Origin: an uncultured Desulfarculus sp.
Lineage (GTDB): Bacteria > Desulfobacterota > Desulfarculia > Desulfarculales > Desulfarculaceae
Assembly: GCA_963665125.2 (NCBI GenBank)
Contig: CAXXUK010000001.1
Coordinates: 2,528,001 to 2,592,000 of the forward strand
Direction of reading: 5' to 3'
DNA: 64,000 bases
Positions 1-11,145 of the stretch are shown piece after piece (position 1 is the first letter of the stretch; the number at the start of each line of letters is the position of its first letter). A program made the translations under genes and the position numbers. The notes beneath the pieces were generated by a model. The model searched no databases. It was not told the DNA's origin and saw nothing but the letters and a program-made list of their open reading frames with translations.

Positions 1-1290
1 GGCAAGCCGGGCCGAGGAAAAGCGTTCCTCGGGCGGCAGGCCGTCCACGCCCGGCGGCTCCCGCAGAAACACCCGACCGGCCCCGTCAAAGGCATCGGCG
101 TATTCGGCCTGGAAGCGTTTGGTCTTGCTGGTGTTGGTGCGCGGCTCGAACACGGCCACCAGGCGGCCGTCGGCGGGCGTCCATCCGGGCAGGCCGAAGC
201 GGGCCACGGCCTTGATTGTCTCCCGCACGGCCGTGGGATGATGGGCGAAATCGTCGACAACCACCACGCCCCTGGCCTTGCCCCGCACCTCCTGGCGGCG
301 GCGCACGCCCTGGAAGGCCTTTTGCGCCTGGCAGGCCTCGGCCAGGCGCACCCCGCCCGCGTGCATGGCCATGACGCAGGCCAGGGTGTTGAGGGCGTTG
401 TGTTCACCGGCCAGGGGCGAATCAAAGCTCAGCTCCGGGCCGTCCGGCGGCCGGATGGTCAGCCGCGCCCCGCCCTTTTGGCCCGGCTCGGCGCTGATCA
501 GCCGCCAGGCGCATTCCCGGCCCCGGCCATAGCTCCACACCGGGCACTTCGCGCCGCTGGCCCGTTGCATCACCTCGGCGCTGTCGCCCCAGACGATGAG
601 CACGCCGTCGGCCGGGATCTCGCTCACGAACATGTCAAAGGCCCGGCGGATGGAATCCATGCCGTCGTAGATGTCGGCATGGTCGAACTCCACGCTGGTC
701 AGGATGCCGATCTTGGGGCGGTAGTGCACGAACTTGGGCCGCTTGTCGAAAAACGCCGTGTCGTATTCATCGCCCTCGACGACAAAATGTTCTCCGCCGC
801 CGTCGGCGAAGTTGCGCCCGCCCTCGACCATGATGCCGCCGACCATGAAGCCGGGCCGCCTGGCCGTGTGCTCCAGACCCGACGCCACCAAAGCCGTGGT
901 GGTGGTTTTGCCGTGGGTCCCGGCTATGACGATGGAGGTCTTTCCGGCGATGAACAGCTCGCCCAGGGTCTGGGGCAGAGACAGATACGGCAGGCCCGTT
1001 TCGGCCAGAGCCAGGGCCTCGGGGTTGTCCCGGCGGATCACATTGCCCACCACCACCAGATCGGGCGGCGGGGTCAAGTTTGCCGGATCATAGCCCGTAT
1101 GCACGGGGATGCCCTTGTCTTGCAGGAACGTGCTCATGGGCGGGTACAGGGGGCCGTCCGAGCCGCCCACGGCCAGGCCACGGTCGGCCAGGGCTCCGGC
1201 CAGGGCGCCCATGGCCACTCCGCCGACGCCCATCAGATGTACTTTGGCGATCTTTTCGGGAAGAACGTTCAGCTTGGGGTCCAGGCTCAC
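1..1290 (-). CDS. mpl: UDP-MurNAc:tripeptide ligase (murein peptide ligase), 3' end runs off the window
   Basis: Manual translation from GTG at 1290: MSLDPKLNVLPEKIAKVHLMGVGGVAMGALAG...GSDGPLYPPMSTFL, GTHGKTTT P-loop, EGDEYDTAFFDKRPKF, DDFAHHPTAV, FEPRTNT. Absent from the ORF track because there is no stop in the window. Confidence 0.9.
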   Translation of the reverse strand, partial: MSLDPKLNVLPEKIAKVHLMGVGGVAMGALAGALADRGLAVGGSDGPLYPPMSTFLQDKGIPVHTGYDPANLTPPPDLVVVGNVIRRDNPEALALAETGLPYLSLPQTLGELFIAGKTSIVIAGTHGKTTTTALVASGLEHTARRPGFMVGGIMVEGGRNFADGGGEHFVVEGDEYDTAFFDKRPKFVHYRPKIGILTSVEFDHADIYDGMDSIRRAFDMFVSEIPADGVLIVWGDSAEVMQRASGAKCPVWSYGRGRECAWRLISAEPGQKGGARLTIRPPDGPELSFDSPLAGEHNALNTLACVMAMHAGGVRLAEACQAQKAFQGVRRRQEVRGKARGVVVVDDFAHHPTAVRETIKAVARFGLPGWTPADGRLVAVFEPRTNTSKTKRFQAEYADAFDGAGRVFLREPPGVDGLPPEERFSSARLA

Positions 1291-1291
1291 A

Positions 1292-2344
1292 TCAGGCTCC
1301 CAGATATTGCCAGGCGGCCTGGTGCACCTGCCGCCGGAAGGACGCTATCTTGTCGTTGTCGCGGCCAAAGGCCACGCGGTTGGTCAACAGCACCACGCCA
1401 GAGCCGCGCCGCGGGCTCATCCACAGGCTGGTGCCGGTGAAACCCAGGTGGCCCACGGTATCGGCCGGGGCGTTGGGTCCGGCGGCGCTGTCCGGGCCGC
1501 TGGGCGTGTCAAAGCCCGGCGTGCGGGGGCAACCCTTGGGCTCGGGGCAGCGGGCAAAAAGCCCGGCCGCCATGTCGGCGGGCCAGGGTCCGTCGCCAGC
1601 CGCCGCCAGGCACAAGGCACGGGCAATCTCGGCCACCTGCCCGGCCGTGCCGAACAGTCCGGCATGACCGGCGACCCCGCCCAAGGCAAAGGCGTTTTCA
1701 TCCTCCACCTTACCGTGGATCACCGCCCGTCCCGGCAGCGGCCCGCAGGGGGCGATGCGCTCCAGGGGCCAATGGGCCTTGTCTTCCAGAGCCAGATAGC
1801 GCGGACCGTCCAGGCCCAGCTTTTTCAGGGTCTGGGCCAGGGTCAGATCAAGACTCACCCCGGCGGCCTCCTCCAACAGCAGCCCCAGCAGCATATACCC
1901 CAGGTCGCTGTATACGGCGGCCTCGCCGGGAATGTTCTCCAGGGGATCGTTGAGGAGCATGGCCTTTAACAGGCCCCGCCGGGCGCTGGGCGCCGGGTAC
2001 CGCTCCAGGGCCTGGTAAAAGGGCTTGTAGGCCGCGAAACCGGCCGTATGGCAAAGCATCTGCCCCACGTTTATGGCCTGTTTGTCCGCGGGCACCACAT
2101 CGCCCCACACAGTGCCCAATGGGGTCTCAAAGGGCAGCACGCCGTCGGCGGCCAGATCCAGGGCCATGACAGCCGTGGCCAGGGGCTTGGTCAGCGAGGC
2201 TAGGTCGAACACCGTGTCCGCGTCAGCCTGCCCGGCGCTATAGAGCATCGGGTCGGCCTGGCTGTTCCACACGGCCAGGACAATGGCCGGGGCAACTTTT
2301 TCTTCTATGCCTTTGTCGATGATTTCCTGCAATGATTGGTTCAA
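1292..2344 (-). CDS. Serine hydrolase, beta-lactamase/AmiE-like family
   Basis: FDLASLTKP (SxxK), YSDLGY, GHAGLF and GHLGFTGT motifs. Confidence 0.85.
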   Translation of the reverse strand: MNQSLQEIIDKGIEEKVAPAIVLAVWNSQADPMLYSAGQADADTVFDLASLTKPLATAVMALDLAADGVLPFETPLGTVWGDVVPADKQAINVGQMLCHTAGFAAYKPFYQALERYPAPSARRGLLKAMLLNDPLENIPGEAAVYSDLGYMLLGLLLEEAAGVSLDLTLAQTLKKLGLDGPRYLALEDKAHWPLERIAPCGPLPGRAVIHGKVEDENAFALGGVAGHAGLFGTAGQVAEIARALCLAAAGDGPWPADMAAGLFARCPEPKGCPRTPGFDTPSGPDSAAGPNAPADTVGHLGFTGTSLWMSPRRGSGVVLLTNRVAFGRDNDKIASFRRQVHQAAWQYLGA

Positions 2345-3240
2345 AGGTCCAGTCCCACTTCCAGCACCCCGTTGTCTCCATCAATAGCGGCCATGGCTCC
2401 CAGCGGCAGGGGCCGGTTTTCCCCGCCGTGTCCGAAGGGCAAACCGATGATCACCGGCACGTCCAGGGCCGACAACCGCCGGGCAATGGCCTCCAGGCGG
2501 TCCGGCGGCGTGGCTCCGTCCGAAGCCAGCGCGCCCAGGGCCACTCCGGCCACCCGGTCCAGTACTCCGGCCAATTCCAGTTTTGTGGTCATGCGATCCA
2601 GGCGGTAGGGGGCCTCGCCGGTGTCTTCCAGGCACAGGATCGCACCTGCCAGCTCCGGAGCCCAGGGCGTGCCGATGAGGTGGCAGAGCATGGTCAGGTT
2701 GCCGCCCATAAGCACGCCGCGGGCTTTTCCGCCCGATACGGTGTCGCCCCGAAGTTGGGCGGGCCAGGGCGATCCGCCGCACAAAAGCGCGGCCACATCG
2801 GCCAGGCTGGCCTGGTCCAGGCGGGACAGTTGGGTAAGCACCGGGCCGTGCGCGCAGACCAGGCCCCGGGATGCAAAATTGTTCAATAGACAGGTAATGT
2901 CTGAAAAGCCCATCAGGCGCTTACCGCGCCGGGCCATGCCTTCAAGGTCCAACAGCGGCAGCAGACGCGACGAGCCGAACCCGCCGCGCGCGCAGATGAT
3001 CAGCCCCACTCCGGGATCGTCCCACAGCCTTTGCAGGGCAACGGCGCGCTCTTGGTCCTCACCGGCCAGATAACCGCTGCGCAGGCGCACCTGCTCGTCG
3101 ACGATGATCCGGCGCTCCCCGGCCAAATTCTCGAGCACGGCCAGCCCGGCCTCCAACTCCGCCGGGTCCACGCTGCCCGCCGGGGCTGTAACGGCGATGG
3201 CCCCTTGACCGGCGGGCCATGTGGCCTTGGCCGGGGTCAT
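2341..3240 (-). CDS. ldcA: LD-carboxypeptidase (peptidase S66)
   Basis: ARGGFGS, GFSDIT, GGNL, LEDTGE and FGHG motifs. Confidence 0.9.
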   Translation of the reverse strand: MTPAKATWPAGQGAIAVTAPAGSVDPAELEAGLAVLENLAGERRIIVDEQVRLRSGYLAGEDQERAVALQRLWDDPGVGLIICARGGFGSSRLLPLLDLEGMARRGKRLMGFSDITCLLNNFASRGLVCAHGPVLTQLSRLDQASLADVAALLCGGSPWPAQLRGDTVSGGKARGVLMGGNLTMLCHLIGTPWAPELAGAILCLEDTGEAPYRLDRMTTKLELAGVLDRVAGVALGALASDGATPPDRLEAIARRLSALDVPVIIGLPFGHGGENRPLPLGAMAAIDGDNGVLEVGLDL

Positions 3241-4004
3241 TGATTGCGCTGATACAGGATGCGCAGGCCGTCGAGGGTCAACAATTCGTCGACAAGCTCG
3301 ATGGTCTCGCTTTGGTTGGCGATCACCGGAGCCAGGCCGCCGGTAGCGATGACCTTGCTGACCACGCCGCGTTCGTTGTTGATGGCTTTTACCAGGCCGT
3401 CCACCAGACCGGCGTAGCCGAAGACGATGCCGGCGTTCATGGAGCCGATGGTGTCCTTGGCCACGGCCATCCTGGGCCTGCTGAAGATCTCCACCCTCGG
3501 CAGCTTGCTGGCCCGCTGGAACAGGGCGTCCATGCTGATGGTGATTCCCGGCGCGATGGCCCCGCCCAGATATTCGCCCTTTGCCGAGATGCAGTCAAAG
3601 GTCGTGGCCGTGCCGAAGTCCACCACGATCAGATCGCCGCCGAACCGCTCAAAGGCGGCCACGGCGTTGACGATGCGGTCGGCGCCCACCTCGCGGGGGT
3701 TGTCGTAGAGAATCGGCATGCCGGTCTTCATTCCCGGCCCCACGAACAACGGATCGATATCCAGATAGCGGCGGCAGAAACGGGTGTAGGCGTTGATAAC
3801 CGGCGGCACAACGCAGGATATGATGACACCGTCGATGCTGCTCATGGCCAGGGGGCTGCTGGCGAAAAGGGCCTTGATCAGCACGGCCAGTTCATCGCGG
3901 GTTCGTTCCGGTTCGGTGCGCACCCGCCAATCGGCCACCAGTTTGTCTTCCTTGAATACACCGATGACCGTATTGGTGTTGCCAACGTCGATGGTCAGTA
4001 ACAT
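3237..4004 (-). CDS. coaX: Type III pantothenate kinase
   Basis: IDVGNTNTV, EVGADRIVN, VVDFGTATT, IATGG motifs. Confidence 0.95.
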   Translation of the reverse strand: MLLTIDVGNTNTVIGVFKEDKLVADWRVRTEPERTRDELAVLIKALFASSPLAMSSIDGVIISCVVPPVINAYTRFCRRYLDIDPLFVGPGMKTGMPILYDNPREVGADRIVNAVAAFERFGGDLIVVDFGTATTFDCISAKGEYLGGAIAPGITISMDALFQRASKLPRVEIFSRPRMAVAKDTIGSMNAGIVFGYAGLVDGLVKAINNERGVVSKVIATGGLAPVIANQSETIELVDELLTLDGLRILYQRNQ

Positions 4005-4021
4005 TTTTCGCTCTCCAGCCC

Positions 4022-5392
4022 TCAGTCACACAGATCGGCAACAACGACCTGACGCAGTTGCTCGGCCACATCGTTCATCAGCTTTTCATCGGCGGCCTCG
4101 ACCATGATCCGCAACTTGGGTTCCGTGCCGGAGTAGCGGACAAGCAGACGCCCCTCCTGCCCCAGGCGCTCCTCCTGGACGGCGATGGCCTTAAGCAGCT
4201 TGGGACGTTCGCTGATGGGCGGTTTGCGCGAGACCATGACATTGATCAACACCTGGGGCAGACGGGTCATCACCTGGGCCAGTTCGCTCAGACGGCGGCC
4301 GGTGCGCACCATAATGCCCAGCACCTGCAGGCCGCTGACTATGCCGTCACCGGTGGTGTTGTGATCCAGGAACAGGATATGACCGCTCTGCTCGCCGCCC
4401 AGGTTGAAACCGCCCCGGCGCATGGCCTCGACCACGTAACGGTCGCCGACCTTGGTGCGCAGCATGCGGATACCCCGCTCGCGCATGGCCAGTTCCAGAC
4501 CCAGGTTGCTCATCACCGTGGCCACCAATGTGGCCTGGCTCAGGGTGCCCCTGGTCATCATATCATCGGCGCAGATTCCCATGATCTGGTCGCCGTCTAC
4601 AACTTGGCCGTTTTCGTCGACCATGATCAAACGGTCGCCGTCGCCGTCAAAGGCCAGACCCAGGTCGCAGCCGTTGGCTGTCACAGCCGCGGCCACGGTC
4701 TCCGGGTGCAAGGCCCCCACGCCGTCGTTGATGTTGCAGCCGTCGGGCTGATCGCCGCAAAGGACCACCTCGGCGCCCAGTTCCTTGAACACCGCCGGGG
4801 CAACTTTGTATGTCGCGCCATGGGCGCAATCCAGGGCGATCTTCAGGCCGTCCAGGACCAGGTCGTCGGGAAAGCTGTGTTTGGCGAAAACTATATAGCG
4901 CCCCGGAGCGTCGTCGATGCGCCGGGCCCGGCCCACGATGCCGGGCTGGGGGGCCGGTTCGGGCTGCAGGCCGCTGGCGGCCGCCTCCACATAGGCCTCG
5001 ATCTGGTCTTCCATTTCGTCGGGCAGCTTGTAGCCGTCCCTGGCGAATATCTTGATGCCGTTGTCCTGATACGGGTTATGGCTGGCGCTGATGACGATGC
5101 CGGCGTCGGCCCGCATGCTGCGGGTCAAAAAGGCTATGGCCGGAGTGGGCATGGGACCCACCAACAGCGCATCGCCGCCCATGGAGCAGATCCCGGCCAC
5201 CAGGGCGTTTTCGAACATATATCCGGAAAGGCGCGTGTCCTTGCCAATGATTATCTTGTGTTTGCCTTTGCCGCGCCGGAATACGGCTGCCACGCCCCGG
5301 CCGGTGGCAAGGGCCATCTCGGCGGTCATGGGGTGGGCGTTGGCAATGCCCCGCATGCCGTCGGTGCCGAATATCTTGCTCTTGCGCTCCAT
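4022..5392 (-). CDS. glmM: Phosphoglucosamine mutase
   Basis: [36 protein letters not shown]. Confidence 0.95.
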   Translation of the reverse strand: MERKSKIFGTDGMRGIANAHPMTAEMALATGRGVAAVFRRGKGKHKIIIGKDTRLSGYMFENALVAGICSMGGDALLVGPMPTPAIAFLTRSMRADAGIVISASHNPYQDNGIKIFARDGYKLPDEMEDQIEAYVEAAASGLQPEPAPQPGIVGRARRIDDAPGRYIVFAKHSFPDDLVLDGLKIALDCAHGATYKVAPAVFKELGAEVVLCGDQPDGCNINDGVGALHPETVAAAVTANGCDLGLAFDGDGDRLIMVDENGQVVDGDQIMGICADDMMTRGTLSQATLVATVMSNLGLELAMRERGIRMLRTKVGDRYVVEAMRRGGFNLGGEQSGHILFLDHNTTGDGIVSGLQVLGIMVRTGRRLSELAQVMTRLPQVLINVMVSRKPPISERPKLLKAIAVQEERLGQEGRLLVRYSGTEPKLRIMVEAADEKLMNDVAEQLRQVVVADLCD

Positions 5393-5414
5393 TTTACCTC
5401 ACAAGAGATTGTCC

Positions 5415-6074
5415 CTATTCCTGGGTGATTCCTTTGGGGGTAATCAGGATGGTCGCCCGGACTTCCTTGGGTTCGACCATCATCGATGATCCGGGTGGCG
5501 AACGGAGGTTGACGGTCCGGGTAAACGTTTCGCTGTGGCCACTGACATCAATCGGTTCGCTCCAGATCCAGTCCAGGGCGGCCAAGGCCCGCTTTTCGCC
5601 GCTTATCTTGACCTCCGGCGGGTTGAAAACCACCTCGTCGACCTCGTATCCCCGGGCCGGGCGGCCCTGCACCACGGGGCTGACCTTGACGTCCCTTGAT
5701 GAGCGCGTCTCCAGCTTGACCCTGATCTCCGCTGGGTCGACCCTGACCACGCTGACCCAAGGCGGCAGGGTCAGGTCCTGGATGCCCAACCTGAAGATGT
5801 GATCGCCCGGACCCAGGCCGTTCAGGTTGATCTGCTTGACGGGTGTGCGCTGGGCCACTCCGCGAATCAGCGTCCGGGGTCCGTAGAGGCGCACCGAAAG
5901 CTCGGCGGGCACCTCGCCGGCCACGACCTGGCCCTCGGCCACGCCCGAGATCTCCACTGGAATCTGGATGGTCAACTCCGCCTTTTCCACCCCGACGATG
6001 ATCAGCCACATGATGACCGCTATGGCCAGGGCCAACGCCTTGAGTTGCCAATTATTGGTTAATCTATCCAGCAT
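5415..6074 (-). CDS. cdaR: CdaR/YbbR-like regulator of diadenylate cyclase
   Basis: N-terminal NNWQLKALALAIAVIMW TM anchor, then YbbR-like beta-rich domains; lies between cdaA and glmM. Confidence 0.8.
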   Translation of the reverse strand: MLDRLTNNWQLKALALAIAVIMWLIIVGVEKAELTIQIPVEISGVAEGQVVAGEVPAELSVRLYGPRTLIRGVAQRTPVKQINLNGLGPGDHIFRLGIQDLTLPPWVSVVRVDPAEIRVKLETRSSRDVKVSPVVQGRPARGYEVDEVVFNPPEVKISGEKRALAALDWIWSEPIDVSGHSETFTRTVNLRSPPGSSMMVEPKEVRATILITPKGITQE

Positions 6075-6085
6075 CCGGCCGGCTC

Positions 6086-6862
6086 CTAATCCTTTGCCCG
6101 CTTGCTCTTGGACGGCAAAAGCTGCTCCAAGCGCTTTTCCAGGTCTTCCGGTTCATAGGGCCCGGTCAGTTTGCCCTCGTGGGCGATGCTTATCTTGCCC
6201 CGCTCTTCGCTGACCACCACCACCACGGCGTCGGTTTCGCCGGAAAAGCCCAGGGCGGCCAGATGCCGTGAGCCCAGGCGCTTGCCGGTGTCGGTGTCCT
6301 TGGCCAGGGGCAGCATGCAGCGGGCGGCCCTGGCCCTGTTGCCCTGGATGATCACCGCGCCGTCGTGCAGAGGCCCGCTGACCTGAAAAATGCTGATCAA
6401 CAGCGGGCTGCTGACCACCGCATCCAGGCGCACTCCGGCCTCGATATAGTCTTCCAGGCCGGTGCTGTTTTCAATGGCCACCAGGGCCCCTGTGCGGCGC
6501 TTGGCCATGATTCCGGCGGCGTTGGCCACCTCGCTGATTATGTCGGAACGGGGCATGTGCGAGCCGAAGAACGAGCCTTGACCCATGCGGGCCAGGGCCC
6601 GGCGGATGTCTGATTGAAAGATGACGATGACCACCAGCACAAGGGAGGATAAAAACGAGGTGATCAGCCAGTTGGTGGCCACCATGTCCAGTTCGCGGCT
6701 GACCCACCACGTAAAAAGGACCAATCCAAGACCGGTGAGCATCTGCATGGCCCTGGTTCCACGAACCAGAAGCATTATCTGATAAACGACAAAGGCCACC
6801 AAGGCGATGTCGGCAAGGTCCTGCCACCTGATCTGCTGGAGCAGATTCAGGAAATCGCTCAT
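6086..6862 (-). CDS. cdaA: Diadenylate cyclase CdaA
   Basis: Three N-terminal TM segments; PLHDGAVII and GSRHLAALG (DGA/RHR-type) motifs; VVSEERG. Confidence 0.92.
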   Translation of the reverse strand: MSDFLNLLQQIRWQDLADIALVAFVVYQIMLLVRGTRAMQMLTGLGLVLFTWWVSRELDMVATNWLITSFLSSLVLVVIVIFQSDIRRALARMGQGSFFGSHMPRSDIISEVANAAGIMAKRRTGALVAIENSTGLEDYIEAGVRLDAVVSSPLLISIFQVSGPLHDGAVIIQGNRARAARCMLPLAKDTDTGKRLGSRHLAALGFSGETDAVVVVVSEERGKISIAHEGKLTGPYEPEDLEKRLEQLLPSKSKRAKD

Positions 6863-7710
6863 CAGTGCGCCTCCGCCGCGACGATGGCATCGCTCATGAC
6901 AAGTGCGTCTTTCAGGGGTGCGACATCATGCACCCGAACGATATCCGCCCCCAGAGCCGCGCCGACAACATGCACGCCCAGGGTGCCCCAAAGCCTGTCT
7001 TCCACGGGTTTGCCGGTAAGGGTCCCGATAAAGGACTTGCGGCTGGCGCCCAGCAAAACCGGATAACCCAACTCGGCCAATTTGGCAAGATTGGCGATAA
7101 GGCTCAGGTTGTGCTCCACGGTCTTGCCGAAGCCGATGCCCGGATCAACGATGATTTTTTCCGGGGCGACCCCGGCGGCTATGGCCGCCTCGGCCTGTTG
7201 TTTCAGGAACCGGGCCACCTCGGCCACCACGTCGTCATAGACGGGGTCTTGCTGCATGGTCCGGGGGGTGCCCTTCATGTGCATCAACACCAGGGCCGCG
7301 CCGGTCTCTGCGGCCGCGCGGGCCATATCCTCGTCGCCCAACAGGGCTGTAATGTCGTTGATTATGTGGGCCCCGGCCTTCATCGCCGCCTTGGCCACAT
7401 CGGCCTTGTTGGTGTCGATGCTGATCAGAGCGTCGCATTTGGCGGCTAATTGCTCGATGACCGGAATGACCCGGTCAATCTCCTCGGATGCTGAAACAGG
7501 GTCCGAGCCCGGCCGCGTGGATTCGCCGCCGATGTCCAGAATGGCCGCGCCTTCCGCGGCCAGTTGCAGGCCCTGCTGCACGGCCTGGTCCACGCCGTAA
7601 AACCGTCCGCCGTCGGAAAACGAATCCGGCGTTACATTGACCACACCCATGATCACCGTATGGAGCCCGAGTTCCATTTGCCCGCCCGGATACGGCACCA
7701 AGCGCCGCAT
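6862..7710 (-). CDS. folP: Dihydropteroate synthase
   Basis: MGVVNVTPDSFSDGG, IGGESTRPG, DPGIGFGK, SRKSF, VRVHDV. Start trimmed to ATG 7710 (7719 possible) to avoid the long overlap with ftsH. Confidence 0.93.
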   Translation of the reverse strand: MRRLVPYPGGQMELGLHTVIMGVVNVTPDSFSDGGRFYGVDQAVQQGLQLAAEGAAILDIGGESTRPGSDPVSASEEIDRVIPVIEQLAAKCDALISIDTNKADVAKAAMKAGAHIINDITALLGDEDMARAAAETGAALVLMHMKGTPRTMQQDPVYDDVVAEVARFLKQQAEAAIAAGVAPEKIIVDPGIGFGKTVEHNLSLIANLAKLAELGYPVLLGASRKSFIGTLTGKPVEDRLWGTLGVHVVGAALGADIVRVHDVAPLKDALVMSDAIVAAEAH

Positions 7711-7711
7711 C

Positions 7712-9661
7712 CTAGGCATCGGATTCCTCAGGTTCGCCTTTATCAGCGGCCCAGGGTTCATGATCCACCGGACCGTCGCCGGGCAAATCCCGGGGAACCG
7801 AGTCTTGGGCCGGCGGCGCAGGAGGCGCACTTTCGGCGCCGCGCGGCTTGCCTGTTACAAAAGATAACACCGCCTCGGCGTCCAGAGTCTCTTCTTCGAG
7901 AAGAGCATTGGCCAGGGCTTCGAGTTTTTCGCGGTTATCGCGCAATAGATGCAAGGCCGTTTCGTGGGCATCCACAACCAGACGGCGCACCTCGCTATCG
8001 ATGGCGATGGCCGTTTCCTCGGAATAGTTGCGGGGGGAGCCCAGCTCGCGGCCCAGGAAGGGATGAGTTTCCTGTTTGCCGAACGTGGCCGGACCCAGCT
8101 TGTCGCTCATGCCCCATTCGCAGACCATCTTGCGGGCCAGTTCCGTGGCCCGTTCGATGTCATTGCCCGCGCCGGTGGTGATCTTGTCCAGCACCAGTTC
8201 CTCGGCGGCCCGGCCGCCCAGCAGCACGGCCAGGTTGTTGATCAGATAATCTTTGGGATATGTATGGCGCTCGTCCACGGGCAACTGCTGGGTCAGCCCC
8301 AGGGCCCGGCCGCGGGGGATGATCGTAACCTTGTGTACCGGGTCGGTGCCGGGCAGCAGCATGGCCACCAAGGCGTGCCCCCCTTCGTGATAGGCCGTGG
8401 TTCGTTTTTCCTCGTCGGTGAGGATCAGGCTGCGGCGCTCGGTGCCCATGAGCACCTTGTCCTTGGCCCGCTCGAAGTCGATCATCTCCACCACGTCTTT
8501 GTTTTCCCGGGCGCCCAAAAGGGCCGCCTCGTTGACCAGGTTTTCCAGATCGGCGCCGGAAAAGCCCGGCGTGCCCCTGGCCAGCACCGAAAGATCGACA
8601 TCCGGCCCCAGGGGCGTGCGGCGGGTGTGCACCTCGAGAATCTTTTCGCGGCCCCGCACGTCCGGGTTGGGCACCACGACCTGGCGGTCGAAGCGGCCGG
8701 GGCGCAAGAGCGCCGGGTCCAGCACGTCGGGCCGGTTGGTGGCGGCGATGAGGATAACGCCCTCGTTGGACTCGAAGCCGTCCATCTCCACCAAAAGCTG
8801 GTTCAGGGTCTGCTCGCGCTCGTCGTGTCCGCCGCCCAGGCCCGCGCCGCGGTGGCGGCCCACGGCGTCGATCTCGTCGATGAAAATGATGCAGGGGGCG
8901 TGCTTCTTACCTTGCAGAAACAGATCGCGCACCCTGGAGGCGCCCACGCCAACGAACATTTCCACGAAGTCAGATCCGCTGATGGAGAAAAACGGCACCC
9001 CGGCCTCGCCGGCGATGGCCCTTGCCAGCAGGGTCTTGCCCGTGCCGGGCGAACCCACCAGCAATACGCCCTTGGGTATGCGTCCGCCCAGCCTGGTGAA
9101 CTTCTTGGGATCGCGCAGGAACTCGACGATCTCCTCCAGTTCCTCCTTGGCCTCGTCCACTCCGGCCACGTCATCAAAGGTGATGCGGCGTCCCGTGGGC
9201 TCGGTCATCAACTGGGCTTTGCTCTTGCCGAAACTGAAGGCCTTGCCCCCTCCGGACTGCATCTGTCGCATGAAGAAGATCCACACGCCGATCAACAACA
9301 GCATGGGGAACCACGACGCCAGCAGGGTCATGTACCAGGGGGAATCGTCCATGGGCTTGGCCGAAATCTGCACGCCCTTTTCCCGCAGAGATTTGATCAT
9401 GTCCGGGTCTTCGGGGGCGTAGGTACGGAAGCGCATGCCGTCGCTGCGCTTTTCGCCCAGTATTTCCTGGCCTTGGATGGATACTCGGGCAACCTCGTTT
9501 TGGCTGACCATATCCATGAATTCGGAATAAGACACCGCGTTTGACGTGGACGTCTTTTGGTTGAACATGTTGAACAGAAAGACCATCATCAGGCTGATGA
9601 CCAGCCAGAGGGCCAGATTTCTATAGATCGGATTGATTGGGGGCTTTTCGCCTTGACTCAT
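7712..9661 (-). CDS. ftsH: ATP-dependent zinc metalloprotease FtsH
   Basis: Two TM segments, GSPGTGKT Walker [14 protein letters not shown] zinc motif; start chosen at ATG 9661. Confidence 0.97.
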   Translation of the reverse strand: MSQGEKPPINPIYRNLALWLVISLMMVFLFNMFNQKTSTSNAVSYSEFMDMVSQNEVARVSIQGQEILGEKRSDGMRFRTYAPEDPDMIKSLREKGVQISAKPMDDSPWYMTLLASWFPMLLLIGVWIFFMRQMQSGGGKAFSFGKSKAQLMTEPTGRRITFDDVAGVDEAKEELEEIVEFLRDPKKFTRLGGRIPKGVLLVGSPGTGKTLLARAIAGEAGVPFFSISGSDFVEMFVGVGASRVRDLFLQGKKHAPCIIFIDEIDAVGRHRGAGLGGGHDEREQTLNQLLVEMDGFESNEGVILIAATNRPDVLDPALLRPGRFDRQVVVPNPDVRGREKILEVHTRRTPLGPDVDLSVLARGTPGFSGADLENLVNEAALLGARENKDVVEMIDFERAKDKVLMGTERRSLILTDEEKRTTAYHEGGHALVAMLLPGTDPVHKVTIIPRGRALGLTQQLPVDERHTYPKDYLINNLAVLLGGRAAEELVLDKITTGAGNDIERATELARKMVCEWGMSDKLGPATFGKQETHPFLGRELGSPRNYSEETAIAIDSEVRRLVVDAHETALHLLRDNREKLEALANALLEEETLDAEAVLSFVTGKPRGAESAPPAPPAQDSVPRDLPGDGPVDHEPWAADKGEPEESDA

Positions 9662-11060
9662 TACACACGGCCCAGGTTGGAAGTAGCAAGTTATGCTCAA
9701 AATACGAGCCTTTAGATTGCATACTATATGGCCAATTTGCTTTGGTGTCAACGAGGCTTAGCTCAATCCATGGTTCTGAGCCGACATTAATTGCCGCCCG
9801 CTGAGCCACCTTCAGCGGACCGGCCCACAGCGGACCTTTTTGGTCGGCGACAATCACCAGCCTCTTGCGCCACCATATGGGCACCTTATTGTCGATAAGC
9901 ACCTTGCTTAGGCGTTTGGCCCCCGGCGCGCCCAGTGGGTGGAACACCTCGCCGGTTCGGGGCGGGCGGATGACCAGAGGCCAGGCGATTACGGCCTCAG
10001 GCAGCCAGGCCACTGGACCGGCCGCGGTCAATTCCCGCGGTTTATCAACACGTTTGACAATCAACCGCGCCCCGATGTGGGGTAAATCCACTTCTCCCGG
10101 CCCATGCAACTCGTGGCCAAGAGCCGGAGGGGCTTCATCGGACCCCAGGCGCAGCCAACCGTGCTCGCGCCAGGCCGCCAGTCCGGTGGGCAGGCACAAC
10201 GACCTGCCGGGCCGCCCGGCCAGCAGGTCCATTAACCGCGTCATGTGATCGTAGAGCAGGTGCTGGCCGCCGCCGGTGAGCAGATCGGCCACCCTGCGCA
10301 GAATCCGCCGGACCTGGAAGGCCTCCAGCCCCGCCAGCCAGCCTGTTTCCAGGCAGATGCTGGGGCCCTCGGCCTTGGCGTTGCGCGCCAGGGCGTCGTC
10401 GCACCACCCGCGCCAGAAGTCCTCTTCCTCGGCGCAAAGCGAGGCGAACCGGGCCAGGGCCTCGACGGAGCGAGGGTTGACCAATTCCCCGGCCAGGGGC
10501 AGCAGGCTGTTTCTGACGCGGTTGCGTTGGAAACGCGGGTCCGCGTTGCTGGCGTCTTCCCGCCACGGCTGGCCGATTTTCTCCAGCCAGCGGCGCAGGT
10601 CCTCCCGGCGCAGGCCAAGCAACGGCCGCCAGATCAGGCCGTCTCCGGACCGCATGGCCGCCAGGCCCGTGGGACCGCTGCCGGAAAGCAACCGGGCCAG
10701 CACGGTTTCGGCCTGGTCATCCATGGTGTGGGCCAAGGCCAGGGTTTTCGCCCCGCATTCTTCGGCCATGGCCACCAAGGCCCGCCTCCGGGCGTTGCGG
10801 GCGTTTTCCTCGGGAGATCCCGGCCCGGCCACCTCCACCCGCCGCACCATACACGGCAAGCCCAGTCCGGCGGCCAGACTTTGCACGAACGCGGCGTCAC
10901 CAACCGACTCGGGCCGCAGGCCGTGGTCCACATGCCCCACATGCAACAGCCAGCCATTATCGGCCGCCGCCGCGTGCAGCAGCCTGAGCATGGCCACCGA
11001 ATCGGCCCCGCCGCTGACGGCCACCAGCAACGGCCCCGGTCCCGGATATGGTCCGGTCAT
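9621..11060 (-). CDS. tilS: tRNA(Ile)-lysidine synthase
   Basis: [39 protein letters not shown]; start at ATG 11060 preferred. Confidence 0.93.
   Translation of the reverse strand: MTGPYPGPGPLLVAVSGGADSVAMLRLLHAAAADNGWLLHVGHVDHGLRPESVGDAAFVQSLAAGLGLPCMVRRVEVAGPGSPEENARNARRRALVAMAEECGAKTLALAHTMDDQAETVLARLLSGSGPTGLAAMRSGDGLIWRPLLGLRREDLRRWLEKIGQPWREDASNADPRFQRNRVRNSLLPLAGELVNPRSVEALARFASLCAEEEDFWRGWCDDALARNAKAEGPSICLETGWLAGLEAFQVRRILRRVADLLTGGGQHLLYDHMTRLMDLLAGRPGRSLCLPTGLAAWREHGWLRLGSDEAPPALGHELHGPGEVDLPHIGARLIVKRVDKPRELTAAGPVAWLPEAVIAWPLVIRPPRTGEVFHPLGAPGAKRLSKVLIDNKVPIWWRKRLVIVADQKGPLWAGPLKVAQRAAINVGSEPWIELSLVDTKANWPYSMQSKGSYFEHNLLLPTWAVCNESRRKAPNQSDL
9723..9751 (-). promoter_or_regulatory. 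Sigma70-type promoter for the ftsH operon, inside the tilS 3' end
   Basis: TTGACA-N17-TATAGT on the minus strand. Confidence 0.7.
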
Positions 11061-11145
11061 TTCCGGCCTATCGGCGGCCTTGACGCTGGAGCCCCGTGGA
11101 TATAAGTTCTTGTTAGACATACTTTACACAAGCGGGATGCAAGCC

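Noticed and set aside
238..9544. Long plus-strand ORFs such as 238..1440, 4058..5428 and 7949..9544
   Set aside because: Antisense shadows of mpl, glmM and ftsH caused by high-GC codon bias; no recognisable motifs
10276..11145. Apparent 290-aa N-terminal extension of the MOSC ORF
   Set aside because: Antisense to tilS, low-complexity Arg/Ser/Ala; MOSC similarity starts near 11146
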